A stretch of DNA of 64,000 nt from Camelus ferus (Eukaryota). Below the pieces are notes generated by a model. That model had not been told where the DNA came from. It did no database searches and worked only from the letters and a program-made list of their open reading frames with translations. The stretch covers positions 77,130,001 to 77,194,000 of the forward strand of contig NC_045697.1 of NCBI RefSeq assembly GCF_009834535.1. Direction: 5' to 3'. Position numbers and translations under genes: made by a program. Positions 26,953-39,680 of this stretch are shown here, in pieces; position 1 is the stretch's first letter, and every line of letters starts with the position of its first letter.

Positions 26953-28639
26953 GTATGTATTTAGTCATTTAAAGACTGCATTTCTAAAAATTGTGAAACT
27001 GTTATCAATTCTGACAAACCCTTGGTGATTCAAATGGATCATAAGTACGAACACAGATAAGCCTAGATCAAATGTACGTAGAATTTGGTTCCAGTTTTTT
27101 GTGTATGTTCGTACATAGAAAAAGATAAAAGGTGTTAGCTATGATTTTTTTTCTGCATTGTACTTTTATTTTTCAGAGTCTCTGCAATATACAGGTATTA
27201 ATTTTATATCAGGAAATTAATTATTAGGTTAAAATTTTATATTACTAAGCTGACTTTCTCCTTAAAAAAATGACATGGTGTTAATATGGTGGGGATTTTG
27301 GTTCCAACTCTTAAGTTGAAGAAATCTCCATGACATGTAACTGAAATTGGTAAAAAGCCTCCACACACAAATTCTTATGAGTACATTTGTTCATAGTTAC
27401 TGCTGTGACTCGTTTTGACGTGACCTTTCTGGGAGTCACCTCTTAAATACCATATCAGTTTAGTAATAGGATAATAATTATTTTATATTTATATTTATTG
27501 AGAAAAAATAGAATTTAAGGAAATGATTGAAATGGCAAAAGCATTCTACTTATAATTAAAAAAAAAACTGCTCTTAGTAGTCTAGCAGAAATTTCCTCCT
27601 GTGGTGAAGCAATGAAAATTAGAGTGGAAATAAGAAAACCATGTGTTTCTGGAATTTAATCTTAGAATTAAGGCACAGAAGGAAAGAGGAAACTGGGAGA
27701 CACACTGGAGAAAAATGATTGGTTAGTACTTACCTGCCTTCCATTTTGTTAGATTTTCTTTATTGGTCCAGATGGGACACTACTATTTCAGAGTAAGTGA
27801 GCAATGATAATTAAAGCGCATAGCTAGGATCTACATTTAAATTCTTACCTGTCTACTGGCAAGATTACAGGTTTTTATCTAATATGAACAAACTAATTTT
27901 AAAAGAAGTCCTAGTTAGGATAAGAATATTTTACTTTAGTTTTAAGCAGCTTTCTATAATAAAATTGAAATGCTTTTAAATGTTGCATTTAGTGCAACTC
28001 AGTGGGAGGGTTCTGAAATCTAAGGGCTTTCTTTGTATTCATTTATTAGAGATAAATTTTATTAACTAGTGGGAAACTCCAGCGGTTATCCTTTGAGGAA
28101 GAAAAAAAACTTAAAATTTGTTTTTCAATGTTGAAAAACAGGAAAAAAGTTGATGTTTAAAAATGAAAATAAAAATTAGAAAAATATTTTAGTGTACATG
28201 TGAAAACCCAGATATAGATACTGTATGGCTTCTTTTTTTTTTTTTAACTTTAAAAAGGTTCATGATCAATTAGAATAAGATGCAGAAATAAATAAAAGTG
28301 GAAGATAAATATCAACCAATCCTCCCATCATCAAGATATAAACACTTGGAGTCTATCCTTTTAGGTTTCTTGCTGTGCATTTGTGGGGGGAAGCTAGTAA
28401 AGCTGTTCATCCAAATGACCTCTTTAAACAAACAAATAAAAAAAGTTGATAAATACGGATGTTGTTTTATAAATTTTCTATTCCTTTAACAGCATAAGAG
28501 GAAACTTTTATATCACTGCCTATCCTTCATCTGAAAGCTGCATAACGTTTTATAGTCATCCAGCCTATCACTGGGCATAGCTGAGTGTGAATTAGTGAAT
28601 CATAGGACCTATTTACCAGACTTGAGAATTTCTCTCTAT

Positions 28640-29590
28640 TTATTCATTCGGTGAAAACTGAGTTCCTACCATGTGGCAGCCCTACTCTAGGCACTGAGGA
28701 TACAAGAGGAAGTTAAGTGAGCAAAACAGTTCCTTCTCCCTGTAAACTTGGTGGGAGTGCGGGGCCAATGGGACAATAAATAAATAAATCAATAAATTAA
28801 TAACCTAATTTCAAATAGTTACAAGTGCTATGAAGCAAGACAAGTTCAGGAAATTGCTGGGTTTGGGGGATATGGAGTAAACAGTCAGGAAAGCCCTCAT
28901 GGTAGAAGTTACGTTTAAGTTAATATTTGAATGACACGAAAAGCCAGACCCTAGGACAGTTTGGGGGTAGAGCATTTCAGGCTGAGAATACGTATATACA
29001 GAGACTTGAGCAGGAGCAACTTTAACGTGTTCCAAGAACAAAGTCCCAGTGTGGCTGGAACTCAGTTAACAATGGGAAGAGTAATAGGAATGAGATCAGA
29101 AAGCTAGGGAAGGACCATAGTCAGAAGCTTGAATTTTACGCCAAGTCCAAAGGGGAGACGTTGGAGATTTTATGGAATAGAATGAAATCTGATCTATGTA
29201 TTTAGAGAATCATTTTGCTACCATGTGAAGAACGGATTAGGGATGGGAGTATTTGAAAAGACAAAAATGGAAACAGGGAGATAAATGAAAGCTTTGCCAT
29301 CAACCCAGAAAAAGAGGTAGTAAAAAGTGGATGGATAAGGGATATCTTTGGACTTGTTGATGAATGACTGGATGTGGTGGGTGAAGGAAAGGAAGGCATC
29401 AGGGATAACTCTTAGGTTTTTGGCAGGGCAACTGGGTAGAGGGTAGTGTATTAGCTTAGATGGTGAAGACAGAGCAATGATTCAGGGAATGGGAAGTGAG
29501 TTGATCATATTAAGTTAAAATAGACATCCAAGTGGAGATGTCTGGCAGACAGTAGTTGATCAATATTTGGTGGTCAGGTATAGAGAGATA
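28640..29590. mobile_element. L2 remnant (similar L2 pieces near 18850-19460 and 34460-34860)
   Basis: tttattcattc...ctaggcactgaggataca...gtggctggaactcag...tagacatccaagtggagatgtc. Confidence 0.65.
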
Positions 29591-29709
29591 ATGTGCCAAT
29601 ATTCCCAGCAAGAGTGTCTGTGACTGTCCATTTCTCTATTACTAAGTATGCCAAGAATTATTTTTATAAGCAAAATTTTTTTCATAATTCTCAGTCATTT
29701 GTGTTTCTT

Positions 29710-29985
29710 TTTTGATTTATTTTACTGAGGTATAGTCAGTTTACAGTGTTGTGTCAGTTTCTGGTGTACAGCACAATTCTTCAGTCATACATGAATATAC
29801 ATATATTCATTTTCATATTCTTTTTCACCATGAGCTACTATAAGATATTGAATGTATTTCCCTATGCTATGCAGTATAAACTTTTTTTTTATCTGTTTTA
29901 TATATACCAGTCACTATCTGCAAATCTCATACTCCCAGTTTATCCCTTCCCACACCCCTTCCCCTTAGGCAACCACAAGTCTGTA
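29710..29985 (-). mobile_element. 5'-truncated, relatively young L1 3' end with a perfect 14-bp TSD
   Basis: TSD CATTTGTGTTTCTT at 29696-29709 and 29986-29999; TT/AAGA endonuclease site on the - strand; similar in sequence to 56776-57030. Confidence 0.88.
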
Positions 29986-30664
29986 CATTTGTGTTTCTTA
30001 ATTGAAATCACTGTTTATATTCTTTCACCATTATTGTATCCAGGTCCTTCTGGTTTGTAAAAGCTATCTGTAATAAGTACATTAATCTTTTGTCTAATAT
30101 ATGTTGGAATTTTTTCCCTGAGCTTAAAATTTGTTTTTAATTTTAATGGCATTTTATTTTACATTGGAAAAATGTTTAGTTTTATATGATCATGTTATTG
30201 CTTTTTTTGTTTTCACCTTTGTTTGTATCCTTTAAAAGCTCTTTTCAACCTTAAGATTAGGAAAATTTTTTTTAGTTTTTTGGTGATTACCTTTTTGTAT
30301 CTTTAATCCACTTAAGGTTTTATTTTGATATATAATGTAAATAATAAATCTCATTTACCCCCAAAATATTTGGCTCTAATTTCAATGATATTTATTAAAT
30401 AGTCTTTTTCTCATTGATTAAATATCCTACCCTTATTTTATATCCTAAATTCTTAAAGAATTTTAAGTTCTTACCCTAAACTTGGATTTGTTTGGGGTTT
30501 TCTATTATACACTATTATTGGATCCATATAATGATGTTTTCTTTCATCCTTTAGAGCTCTACCAAAAACTCAGAATCCTTTTCATTATCTAGGTTTTTTC
30601 TCCCCCTTAACATCACTCACTTCAATTACTGTCAATATTTTGCTGTATTTGTTTCATCTGCCCC

Positions 30665-30666
<2 letters not shown>

Positions 30667-30738
<72 letters not shown>
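30667..30738 (+). repeat. (AC)36 microsatellite inside an old L1
   Basis: Seen directly. Confidence 0.97.
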
Positions 30739-30740
<2 letters not shown>

Positions 30741-31599
30741 TTTATTGCAGAGGATTTTAAAGCTAATCCTGGGCAAGAGGAGGCGGGGAGATAGAAAAGA
30801 TCATTTCTTGCAGATCACAATACCACTGTCATATCCAGCAAAATTAATAGTAATTTCTAAATGTCATTTAAAGTTCAGTCCATATTCAGATTTGCCTCAT
30901 TTCAGAATTGCTTTTTTGCAGTTGGTTTGTTCAAATCAGAATCTAAACAAGGTTTACTAATTGTATTTGCTTATGCCTCTCAATTCTCTTTAATTTTAAA
31001 ACAAACATCCTTGCCCATTTTTCATGCCTTTGATCTTCTGAAAAAACTGGGTCTGTTGTCCTGTAGAATGTCCCATATTCTGAATTTTGCTGATTGCCTC
31101 TTGTGGTGTCATTTAACTTGTTCCTCTGTTATACTTCCTATGGACTAGAAATTAGATCTAATGGCTTGATTATATTTGGGTTTATTGCTTCATTTGTTTA
31201 TTTCCCTAAGCCAAAATATGATACGTTTTGGTTCTGTGTACATCATAATATCTGGTTGTCTCACTTTTAGTGGTGCTGGGATTGATTAGTTGGTTTATAT
31301 GGTGACAGCCTGATCTCTTCATTGTGAAGTTCCTCATGAAGCTTTCACTTAGTGACTTTATCATCTATTGATACTTGTTTATCATCTATTCCAGATGACC
31401 ATTACGTGCATCATTTATTTCAGGATGGATTGTAAAATAGTGATTTTCCTGAATTTATCATTCTGCATTTATTAGCTAGAATTCTGCAGTACATTCACAT
31501 AATAAAGTGCTCAGTAACTGTAAAAAAGAATGTGGAAAATCTCTATATATAGACATAGAGTTATTGCCAGGACATTTTTTTAGGTTAAAAAAAGGGTCA

Positions 31600-32600
31600 T
31601 ATTTAGAGCAGTGTATGTATTAGTTTATATTTGTAAATTATGTAAATTTTATGTTTACTCAAAAAGTTTTTTGAAGTTAAAAAGGTAGACAGCAATCCTT
31701 AAAAATTAAAAGCAAACAGAAACAAATAAACCAATTTATCAAGTTGGATACATTCTGATACAGGAAAAAAGCACTGTTCTAGCTAATCTTAAAACAGTAT
31801 TTGGTATGTTTTCAGTGGGGAATAATCTAAGGACAAAAAGAGCTACAAAGAAATCTTACATTTAATTTAATAACCTCACATTTATAACAGTATTGGTATT
31901 GTTATTTTGCAACTATTTTGGTATATCATAGGATAAAATAAGGATGTTACCATTAGGAGTCAAGATTTTCAGTGAAAGTGAAGAGATACAGACATAAAAC
32001 CAAAGAAGTTAGAATGCCATTTTCTAAAATTTGGATTGGAAATGTCTTTGTAAACTCATTATTTTTTTCCCTCTATTTAAAAATGTATGTTTTCTATTTC
32101 TACCTATTATAGAAGCGGGAAGTAATAACAGCACACTAGCAATGAACACCCTTGTTATCCAGATTATGGTCTCTAGATTCCAACCCTACTTAAAAGGAAC
32201 CAAGATTCTTTTTTGGATAAACGACTAACTTTAGGTCTGAAGGAGGAATAATACAAAACGTTATGCCAGAAAGCAAGGAAGCTAACAAAGACTAATGAGT
32301 TCATGTCAAAAGGACACTCAGGCCAGCTTGAAGGGGCTCTCACTGGCCAAAGATTGGGTAGTTTGGGCATCAAAGTGAATAATAACCCTAATTTGCCAAG
32401 TCACTTTGAGTTGATGAAGAGCCGTGAGTTCATAATAATACTAAATATATAACAGAGGAAACAAAAAAATGAGGAAAGCAAAACTCATTGAACGTCATAG
32501 TACATTTCTCTGGCATCAACTCATTCTGAAAATTGATAATTGAAAAAACTTGAAAACAAGCATTTATCCTGCCTTTCTAGTATGAAGTGTATTCAGAGAA
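31600..32600 (+). mobile_element. L1MC-type 3' region
   Basis: gaacacccttgttatccagattatggtctcta...ccagaaagcaaggaagct...aaaggacactcaggccagcttgaaggggctctcactggccaaag. Confidence 0.65.
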
Positions 32601-32882
32601 ACTAACTTCTTTGACATTGAAAGCATTGTTGTTGAAGTTTTGCTGTGAAATTTAATGGTGCAAATAAGTTTTAAAATTATTCAGTATTTTGCTTTGAGTT
32701 TTTTTTTTCAAGAATGCTTTAAGCTGTGAGCTGCTCTATTAAGTCATCCTGCTATTACAAAGCCAGATTTAAATTTTCTTATCTTCTTGCCTTTTCTGTA
32801 TGCTTAAAACCTATGTATACTATAAGTTTTATTTATGCTTGTTATATTGTTCTTCTGTTTCATTCTGAGTTGCTCTTTTCAG

Positions 32883-33067
32883 CAGTATCCTGGTATGAAC
32901 CAACTGTCATCCAGTCTGGGAGGATTGAGTCTTCAGAGTTCCTCACAGCCAGAGAGCTTGAGACCTGTAAACCTTACTCAAGAGAGGAATATTTTACCCA
33001 TGACTCCTGTTTGGGCTCCTGTACCTAACTTGAATTCAGACCTCAGAAAATTGAATTGTAGCCCAGA
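32883..33067 (+). CDS. SEC24B: SEC24B exon 7 (185 nt)
   Basis: ttttcAG|CAG TAT...CCA GA|GTAAGT; QYPGMNQLSSSLGGLSLQ...LRKLNCSP. Confidence 0.95.
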
Positions 33068-35642
33068 GTAAGTATTTAATTTAAAATCTTAAGTAAGTAA
33101 GATACCTTGTCAAAAACACTGTATGACTTTCAAAAATAGTAAAAGTAATATGATATTAATTCCTTGATTGGAAGTTTTGTTAACGTAAACTCTTCTAATT
33201 TAGTCTGTAAAGAAGTTCCAGATGTAAAACTCAATTCAGATCACCTGTCCCTGTCCCCATCTCTGTTGCCATTCAGTCTCATTCCCTATCACCTAATGCT
33301 TCAGAATTTTTTTTTTCTATTTTAGTGAAGGGTCTTAGGAACCCAAATCTAACTATATTTTTCTTTTCTTAAATTTCTTTTTTCCTCACTTTTCACCAGT
33401 AGTAACTTCTGATGTCTTTTAAATTAAGCGAAATCTTTAAAATTTTATGCCCTTCAATCTTTGCTTGAAAAGGATACAGACTTCACTTATGTAGACCCCA
33501 GGTTCAGATACGTTTTCCTCTGAATTTTCTTTTCCCACTCAGTATAGAGTGTGAAGACCATTGACCCCAGGCTTATTTATCCAGCCTGAATTTAGATTTA
33601 GATTTTCTTTGAGTGTTTCCTTGCCTCGTGGAACAGTTTAGCAGGCAGCCTCCTTCTGGTGGCCACAGCCCCTGGTGTATCCTTTAGGTGGGTGAGCTCT
33701 GTTTCTCACCTCCCAGTGCCCCCAAAACTAAAAGTTCTCCGTTCTTGTCTGCTTTCGGTCCTTCTGTCTCCTAAGACTAGGATGCTTTTTAGAAGACCTC
33801 CTGCTTCTGGAATCTCTCCTCAGAAAGTAAACTCTGATTCACAGACAACATTATCTTCTTCCTTGCATTAGGAAAATTAGTGTTCTTTAAAGGCTTTTTT
33901 TTTTAAGGCGATAGTTTTCTAGCGTTTTTCAGCCACTGCCTTATATGGATTTCCAATACAGGAAACAGGAAATGGAGATGCTTTGAGGGTTCCACCTCTT
34001 CTGCCACAGTCTATTGCCAGCCCCCCATCAGTGAGTGCCAAGATCATATCTATAAAAATGTATAATCACTGATTCTAGATTGAGAAGAGCTGCCCATCCT
34101 TAATGTAAACTGCTGTCAGGGCAGTAGGTGTGTGGATCACGGCCTGTGTGTGATGGGTTAGGCGTCCCCAAGTAGGTGAATGCAGTATATGTACATGTGT
34201 AAGGGGTCACACAGGTAGGGGATGGTGTGTATGCTTCTACTCAGTTATGTGTTTTCTATGAAAAAATCTCTTACCAAAATAGCAAAGCAGAGTAATAGGC
34301 TTTAGAGTGTATGCTTCAGAGTTTGAAAAACCTAGGTTCTTACCTTGGTTCCACTGATAAGTAGCCATGAAACTGTCCCAGTTATTCAACCTCTTAAGTT
34401 CTCAGTATTGTCAGCTGTAAAACAGGAATAGTAACTGTGTCTGCTATTGTTAAGATAATTCATTCAATAAATATATACTGAATGCCTTCCAAGTTAAGTG
34501 CCAGGCACTGTCGCTAGGTGCTGGGAATGAAGCAGTAAATGAAAGAAACAAAGTTCCCGATCTCATGCAGCCAATATCATATTAGGGAAGACATACTGTG
34601 AATAGTCAAACCAGTGAGTATGTAATGTATTTTCAGAGATTACTATGAAGTAGGGAGTAGTGAGGGTGGAGGGTGACTATTTTTAATTGAGTCAGGATAC
34701 GTTTTTTGCAAGGAGTTAACACTTGAATAGAAATTTGAATGAAACAAGAGAGCAAGATGTGACTCTGGAAAAAGAGTGTGCCAAGCTACGTGAACACCAA
34801 ATGCTGAAGTCCCAAAGCAGGAGCCAGCTTGGCGTGTTCAAGGAACACCACCAGCCTAGAGTCAACACGTATCTGGATATCTCTACATACTGTTCAACAC
34901 TCTTCTTAGGAACTCCTGTCCTGGTTTCCAGTACCTCAGCCTCTTATCTCTTGGATTGTTCCTTTATTGACTCTATGTCTGCTGACCTTAATTTGTAACT
35001 TAATAAATTTTAAGCACTTATTCTGTGAGAGGAATAGTACCAGGGTGACACAGGGACAAAATATCTCTGATCTCCAGTGGAGGATATAAACAAAGTGCAC
35101 AGCCAGCTAGCAGATCCGACTAATTGATACCATAGAAGCATAAACAGATCTCAGTGCACAGAGGAAGAAGTCTTTACTTCTGACTTGTGATCGGGGTGCG
35201 GATGGTTTCATGTGAAGCTATAACTTTGAGTCTCACAGTAAGAGTCAGAGTTCAACAGGTGAAAAATGGGCAGTAAAGCAGGAACAGCATCATTAAAGGT
35301 GCAGAGGTGTATCTTTTCACTCGTATTTTCTACCTCCTCCTGCTCGTGCCCTGCTAGTCATAGTAGAGTTACTGTTGTTTTTTTTTTTTTTTTTAATGTG
35401 TTGCACTTCTCCACCATGAAAATGTTGACTCCTTAATTTAGGTCTTTTGACATAAATAACATACATGCCTGTTTAAAGTAATCAGAATTCTCCTAGTTAT
35501 GGTTATGTAACATACCCAGATGATTTTTACGAGTTTGCCCTTAAATGTTTAGTTGTTTACAACTAGCTACTTCAGTTTTTTTGTTTTGTTTTGTTTTGTT
35601 TTCTGATAGCTAACATAGTCCATGTCGTTTATATTTTTGCAG

Positions 35643-35745
35643 TTCATTTCGGTGTACTTTGACAAATATTCCACAGACACAGGCTTTACTGAATAAAGCT
35701 AAGCTTCCTTTAGGATTGTTGTTACATCCCTTCAGAGACCTAACG
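35643..35745 (+). CDS. SEC24B: SEC24B exon 8 (103 nt)
   Basis: tttgcAG|T TCA...ACG|GTAAAG; SFRCTLTNIPQTQALLNKAKLPLGLLLHPFRDLT. Confidence 0.96.
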
Positions 35746-36932
35746 GTAAAGTAACATCCTCAGAAATGTTTGTGCTCATGTGCAAGGTATTCAGATTGTG
35801 TATTTTCTTAGATTTTTTTCATCTTCTTTTATTTGAAGTTAGATTTAATCATTTCTGTCAGATTCAATTCAGCAGACATTTTCTGCCACGTGTTTTGTGA
35901 CAGTCCCTAAACTAAGCACTGGTAAACAGCAAGATGATTAAGTCATTGGCCTTGCCCCCAAGAAATTCTTATTTAACAAGGGACAAAGATGTGAAAACAA
36001 GTAATTACTGTTCCGGATAACTAATATGTGTAACATAATCAAATTCTGTGAGTTACTTAGGTAGTAAGCACAGTATGGGAAGAGATTCCTTCTGGGTACA
36101 GTAGCAGAATTTTTCTACAAGTGGTGAGAACTGAGTTGGATTTTGAAAAATTAGTTTTGGAAGTTGAAAAGGCCATAGACGATATATAAACTTTAGGGGT
36201 TCTTTATTAAACGTAAAGGAAGCACCAGCCACGCTCTCCAGTTGAGGTGGGGGGGACTGCATGATTGTTCTTAACTATATTAACTAAATAACCTTTGTAA
36301 TAATAAAGTCTAAACATGTCAAGTTTATTGGATGAAAACGTTAACTTTTTTAAGTTTCCAATCAGGGGTTAGTTCAGGGAGACAGAATAATATTTCGTAT
36401 TTTCTGAATTTCTTATGTTGAATATAAAGTTCCTTTTCCAAGCTAAGCATAAAGAGATGTATTTCTTTAAGGCACTTTGTATTTGGCTTCTTGTGGCCTG
36501 CAGTCCCCACCAGGACTGTGTGGTTGTCTACTGCACAGTGCCTTAGGGTCTAGTGCGAGGGGCAGTCAGGCAGCAGAGACAAAGGCATTTTTATATGGTA
36601 TATGTTTCTCACTGTTGTTTCTTGAGTTTAGCTGATAAGCTCTAAGCTCTGAGTTGTTGTATTTTCTTGGCCAACAAGACTTTTCTTGTCAGCCAGTAAC
36701 TTTTATTACGTTCAGTTTGACTTGACTTTGGTATTATTTGATAGTTTGTGACAGAAGAGGGAGAAAGCTAGATTGCTGCTTGCGTTCCTCAGCATACTCG
36801 TGTGTTTTATTAAAATGCTTCAATTTCAAAAAACAAGTGTGGTTTCTGTTCTGTATGTGGAGAAGAGCAGTCTGTGGTCCATTTTTCCCTCGGGTGCTTT
36901 GTCTGCTACAACATCTTTATTTTACTTCCTAG

Positions 36933-37059
36933 CAATTACCAGTAATAACATCCAATACCATTGTGAGGTGCCGATCTTGTCGAACATATATCAACCCTTT
37001 TGTATCCTTCATTGATCAACGTAGATGGAAATGCAATTTGTGCTACAGAATTAATGATG
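36933..37059 (+). CDS. SEC24B: SEC24B exon 9 (127 nt; zinc finger)
   Basis: ttcctAG|CAA...GAT G|GTGAGT; QLPVITSNTIVRCRSCRTYINPFVSFIDQRRWKCNLCYRIND. Confidence 0.97.
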
Positions 37060-37752
37060 GTGAGTTTCAGATTCTTAAAAAACTGTGTATAATTTATTTA
37101 AAACATTTTGACATTTTTTGCCATTATCCTCATTGCTTTAAAAACTTTCATGTCACTTTTAATGGAAAGAATACAGTCTAGGGACGCTTCATTTTATCTG
37201 GCCAGGGGTATAACTGATAATGAGGAGAGTGACAGGGAGGGCAAAGTAAAAGGAATTCATGAAATTGGCAGCGAAGGTCATGCAGACTAAGTATGCTTGA
37301 CCCTGACAAGTTGAGATTGTCTTCTGTTTGTACCTTTGGTCCATTCAGCTCAGTGTAGATCTTTGCCAGTGCATGTGGACACAAGCGTGCGTGTGTATCC
37401 GTTTGTCCTCTTCAGTCATTTCTTAGGTCCTCTTGGTATAATTGCTTGCAAATTTGTGTTTGTCTGATTTCTTTTCCATGTCGTGGGGTATAGTAAATGG
37501 GACACAAGCCTAAGAAGCAGAGTTACCTGGGTCCAGGTTTTCTCACCTGATTTCAGAAAATAAATTTTTTTTATCCTTCTGATTTATTTTTTTCAAGCGG
37601 GTGTAAGAGGTTGGTTTTTATCATTAGGTGTTCACAGAACTGTTGTAAACCTCATAAATTCTGATGATAGAGGTGTTTATTTCTAGGCATATAAATGTTT
37701 TTAGTTACAAATTGTGTTACTAAATTTACACTGGATTCCTAATCTTACCTAG

Positions 37753-37862
37753 TTCCTGAAGAGTTTATGTATAACCCCATCACCCGGTCTTATGGAGAGC
37801 CTCATAAACGGCCAGAAGTTCAGAATTCAACAGTGGAGTTCATTGCCTCTTCAGATTACATG
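37753..37862 (+). CDS. SEC24B: SEC24B exon 10 (110 nt)
   Basis: acctAG|TT CCT...ATG|GTAACT; VPEEFMYNPITRSYGEPHKRPEVQNSTVEFIASSDYM. Confidence 0.96.
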
Positions 37863-39495
37863 GTAACTATTCGGTGTTGAAATTAGTTGTGGGACACAAT
37901 TGTACTGGTCATTTATAGTTTGCTGTTAAGTGAATTCTTGTCTAAATTTTAAAATTGTGATATGAATTTTTTGAAATAATGCTGGAAGTTTATACTTAAC
38001 AAATAGAAAATTCTTTGTAAATATTATAGATCTCCTGGAAGAATACAATTATATCACTAAGAAACATTGGTAACGTTTCATGAAGGGCACCAACATCTGC
38101 AGTTTGTTGCCATTTTGATTTGATTGCTTGTATGGATAAATATAAATAATCTAATTATCATTTAGTATTTAATATTTAAGATACTCAAACAGAGAAACTC
38201 ATGTTTTTGCCAAAAAACACATCTGCACTTTTCAGGCCCTTAAAGATAACACCATTTTACTGGTACACCCAGTGCAGATGTGAAGATGAATGGATGTTAG
38301 CTTCACTCTGATTCTGCTCTTCCCAGTTAATCATAAAATTTCCCCTGTTCTTTAATTACACTGATTCTTCAGATCTCATTCTTCTTTTCCACTTACAAAA
38401 ACAAATTCTTGGCCTTAGTTCTGCTCATCATCTTTTTGTTTCTACTCATTTCAAGTATCTTTATAATAACTTGCATTTCTTCTGTATCTTCATTTCTAAT
38501 CTTTGTTGTCCGTATAAATGTAAAGTGTTGCTAGTGGGAAAATGTGAACAGGGACAACTAATATGTATGGAATTCCTGGTGCTTGGCCCATTTCTTAACT
38601 TATTCTTGTGATTTTTATGGTCCTTTATGTCCAATTTAGCATCTGCCCACTGAACTACTATTTTCTTGTCTGTTTCCATATTAACTGTAGTAAACTTTCT
38701 CTTGGTCACTTTTACTCTCAACTTCTTGCTTTCTGTACATCTTATTATGTTGCCAGCTCTGCCCTGGCTCCTTAGGAATCTTTATCTAATTGAAGTGGTG
38801 AAGCAAGAAGTAATCTTTAATTTTTACCATTCTTCGTTGGCATATTTTTTTGAAGTTTATATATATATCTCCTCCTTTTTTAACTTTCATAATAGTAATT
38901 TTCAAGTATGCTTGAAAGAAGAGAAGATAGTTTAATGACCATCATTAACCCATCACCAGGCTTCAATAATTATCAACATTTTGCTAAATGTATTTCATGT
39001 GTCCCCAGTCTACCCCAGTCGCCCCATCCCTCCCCAGCTCTGGAGTTTATTAAATACTAACCCCAGCACCATAGCATTTAGCCCATAAATGCTTTATCAT
39101 ATAAATATAAATATTTAATAAACATATTAAATATATATATACTTCTTATGTATCTCTAGCAGATAGGATTTCACGTACTTAGAGTGCCATCACAGGGACT
39201 TTGTTTGCACCTGGCACTTAACCCTTGGGATTTGGCTGCTACCAGGTGACTCAATAGTCCTGATGGTTGTCAGGTTGAAAAAAAAATGTTTTAAGAGTAG
39301 GGAAGGGATACAGAGGTTAGTATTAAATAATAAACTTAACACTCTATCAGGAAGAAATTTAGCCTATTTATTTAACCGTTATATGTAATCACTGCCTAAT
39401 AATGCTTAATCCAGAATCGTATCTAGTAGTAATTGTGATATAAAGAGAATAAATTGTACTTACTGAATAAATTGCATTATTTCTATTCCTTTCAG

Positions 39496-39608
39496 CTTCG
39501 TCCTCCTCAACCCGCAGTTTACTTGTTTGTTTTAGATGTGTCTCATAATGCAGTGGAGGCTGGATATTTGACAGTTTTGTGCCAGTCACTGTTAGAAAAT
39601 CTAGACAA
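39496..39608 (+). CDS. SEC24B: SEC24B exon 11 (113 nt; start of trunk domain)
   Basis: tttcAG|CTT...GAC AA|GTAAGA; LRPPQPAVYLFVLDVSHNAVEAGYLTVLCQSLLENLDK. Confidence 0.96.
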
Positions 39609-39635
39609 GTAAGAGGTTTTTTTTTTTCACTCATA

Positions 39636-39638
<3 letters not shown>

Positions 39639-39676
<38 letters not shown>
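39639..39676 (+). repeat. (TG)19 microsatellite, 30 nt after the exon 11 donor
   Basis: Seen directly. Confidence 0.97.
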
Positions 39677-39680
<4 letters not shown>

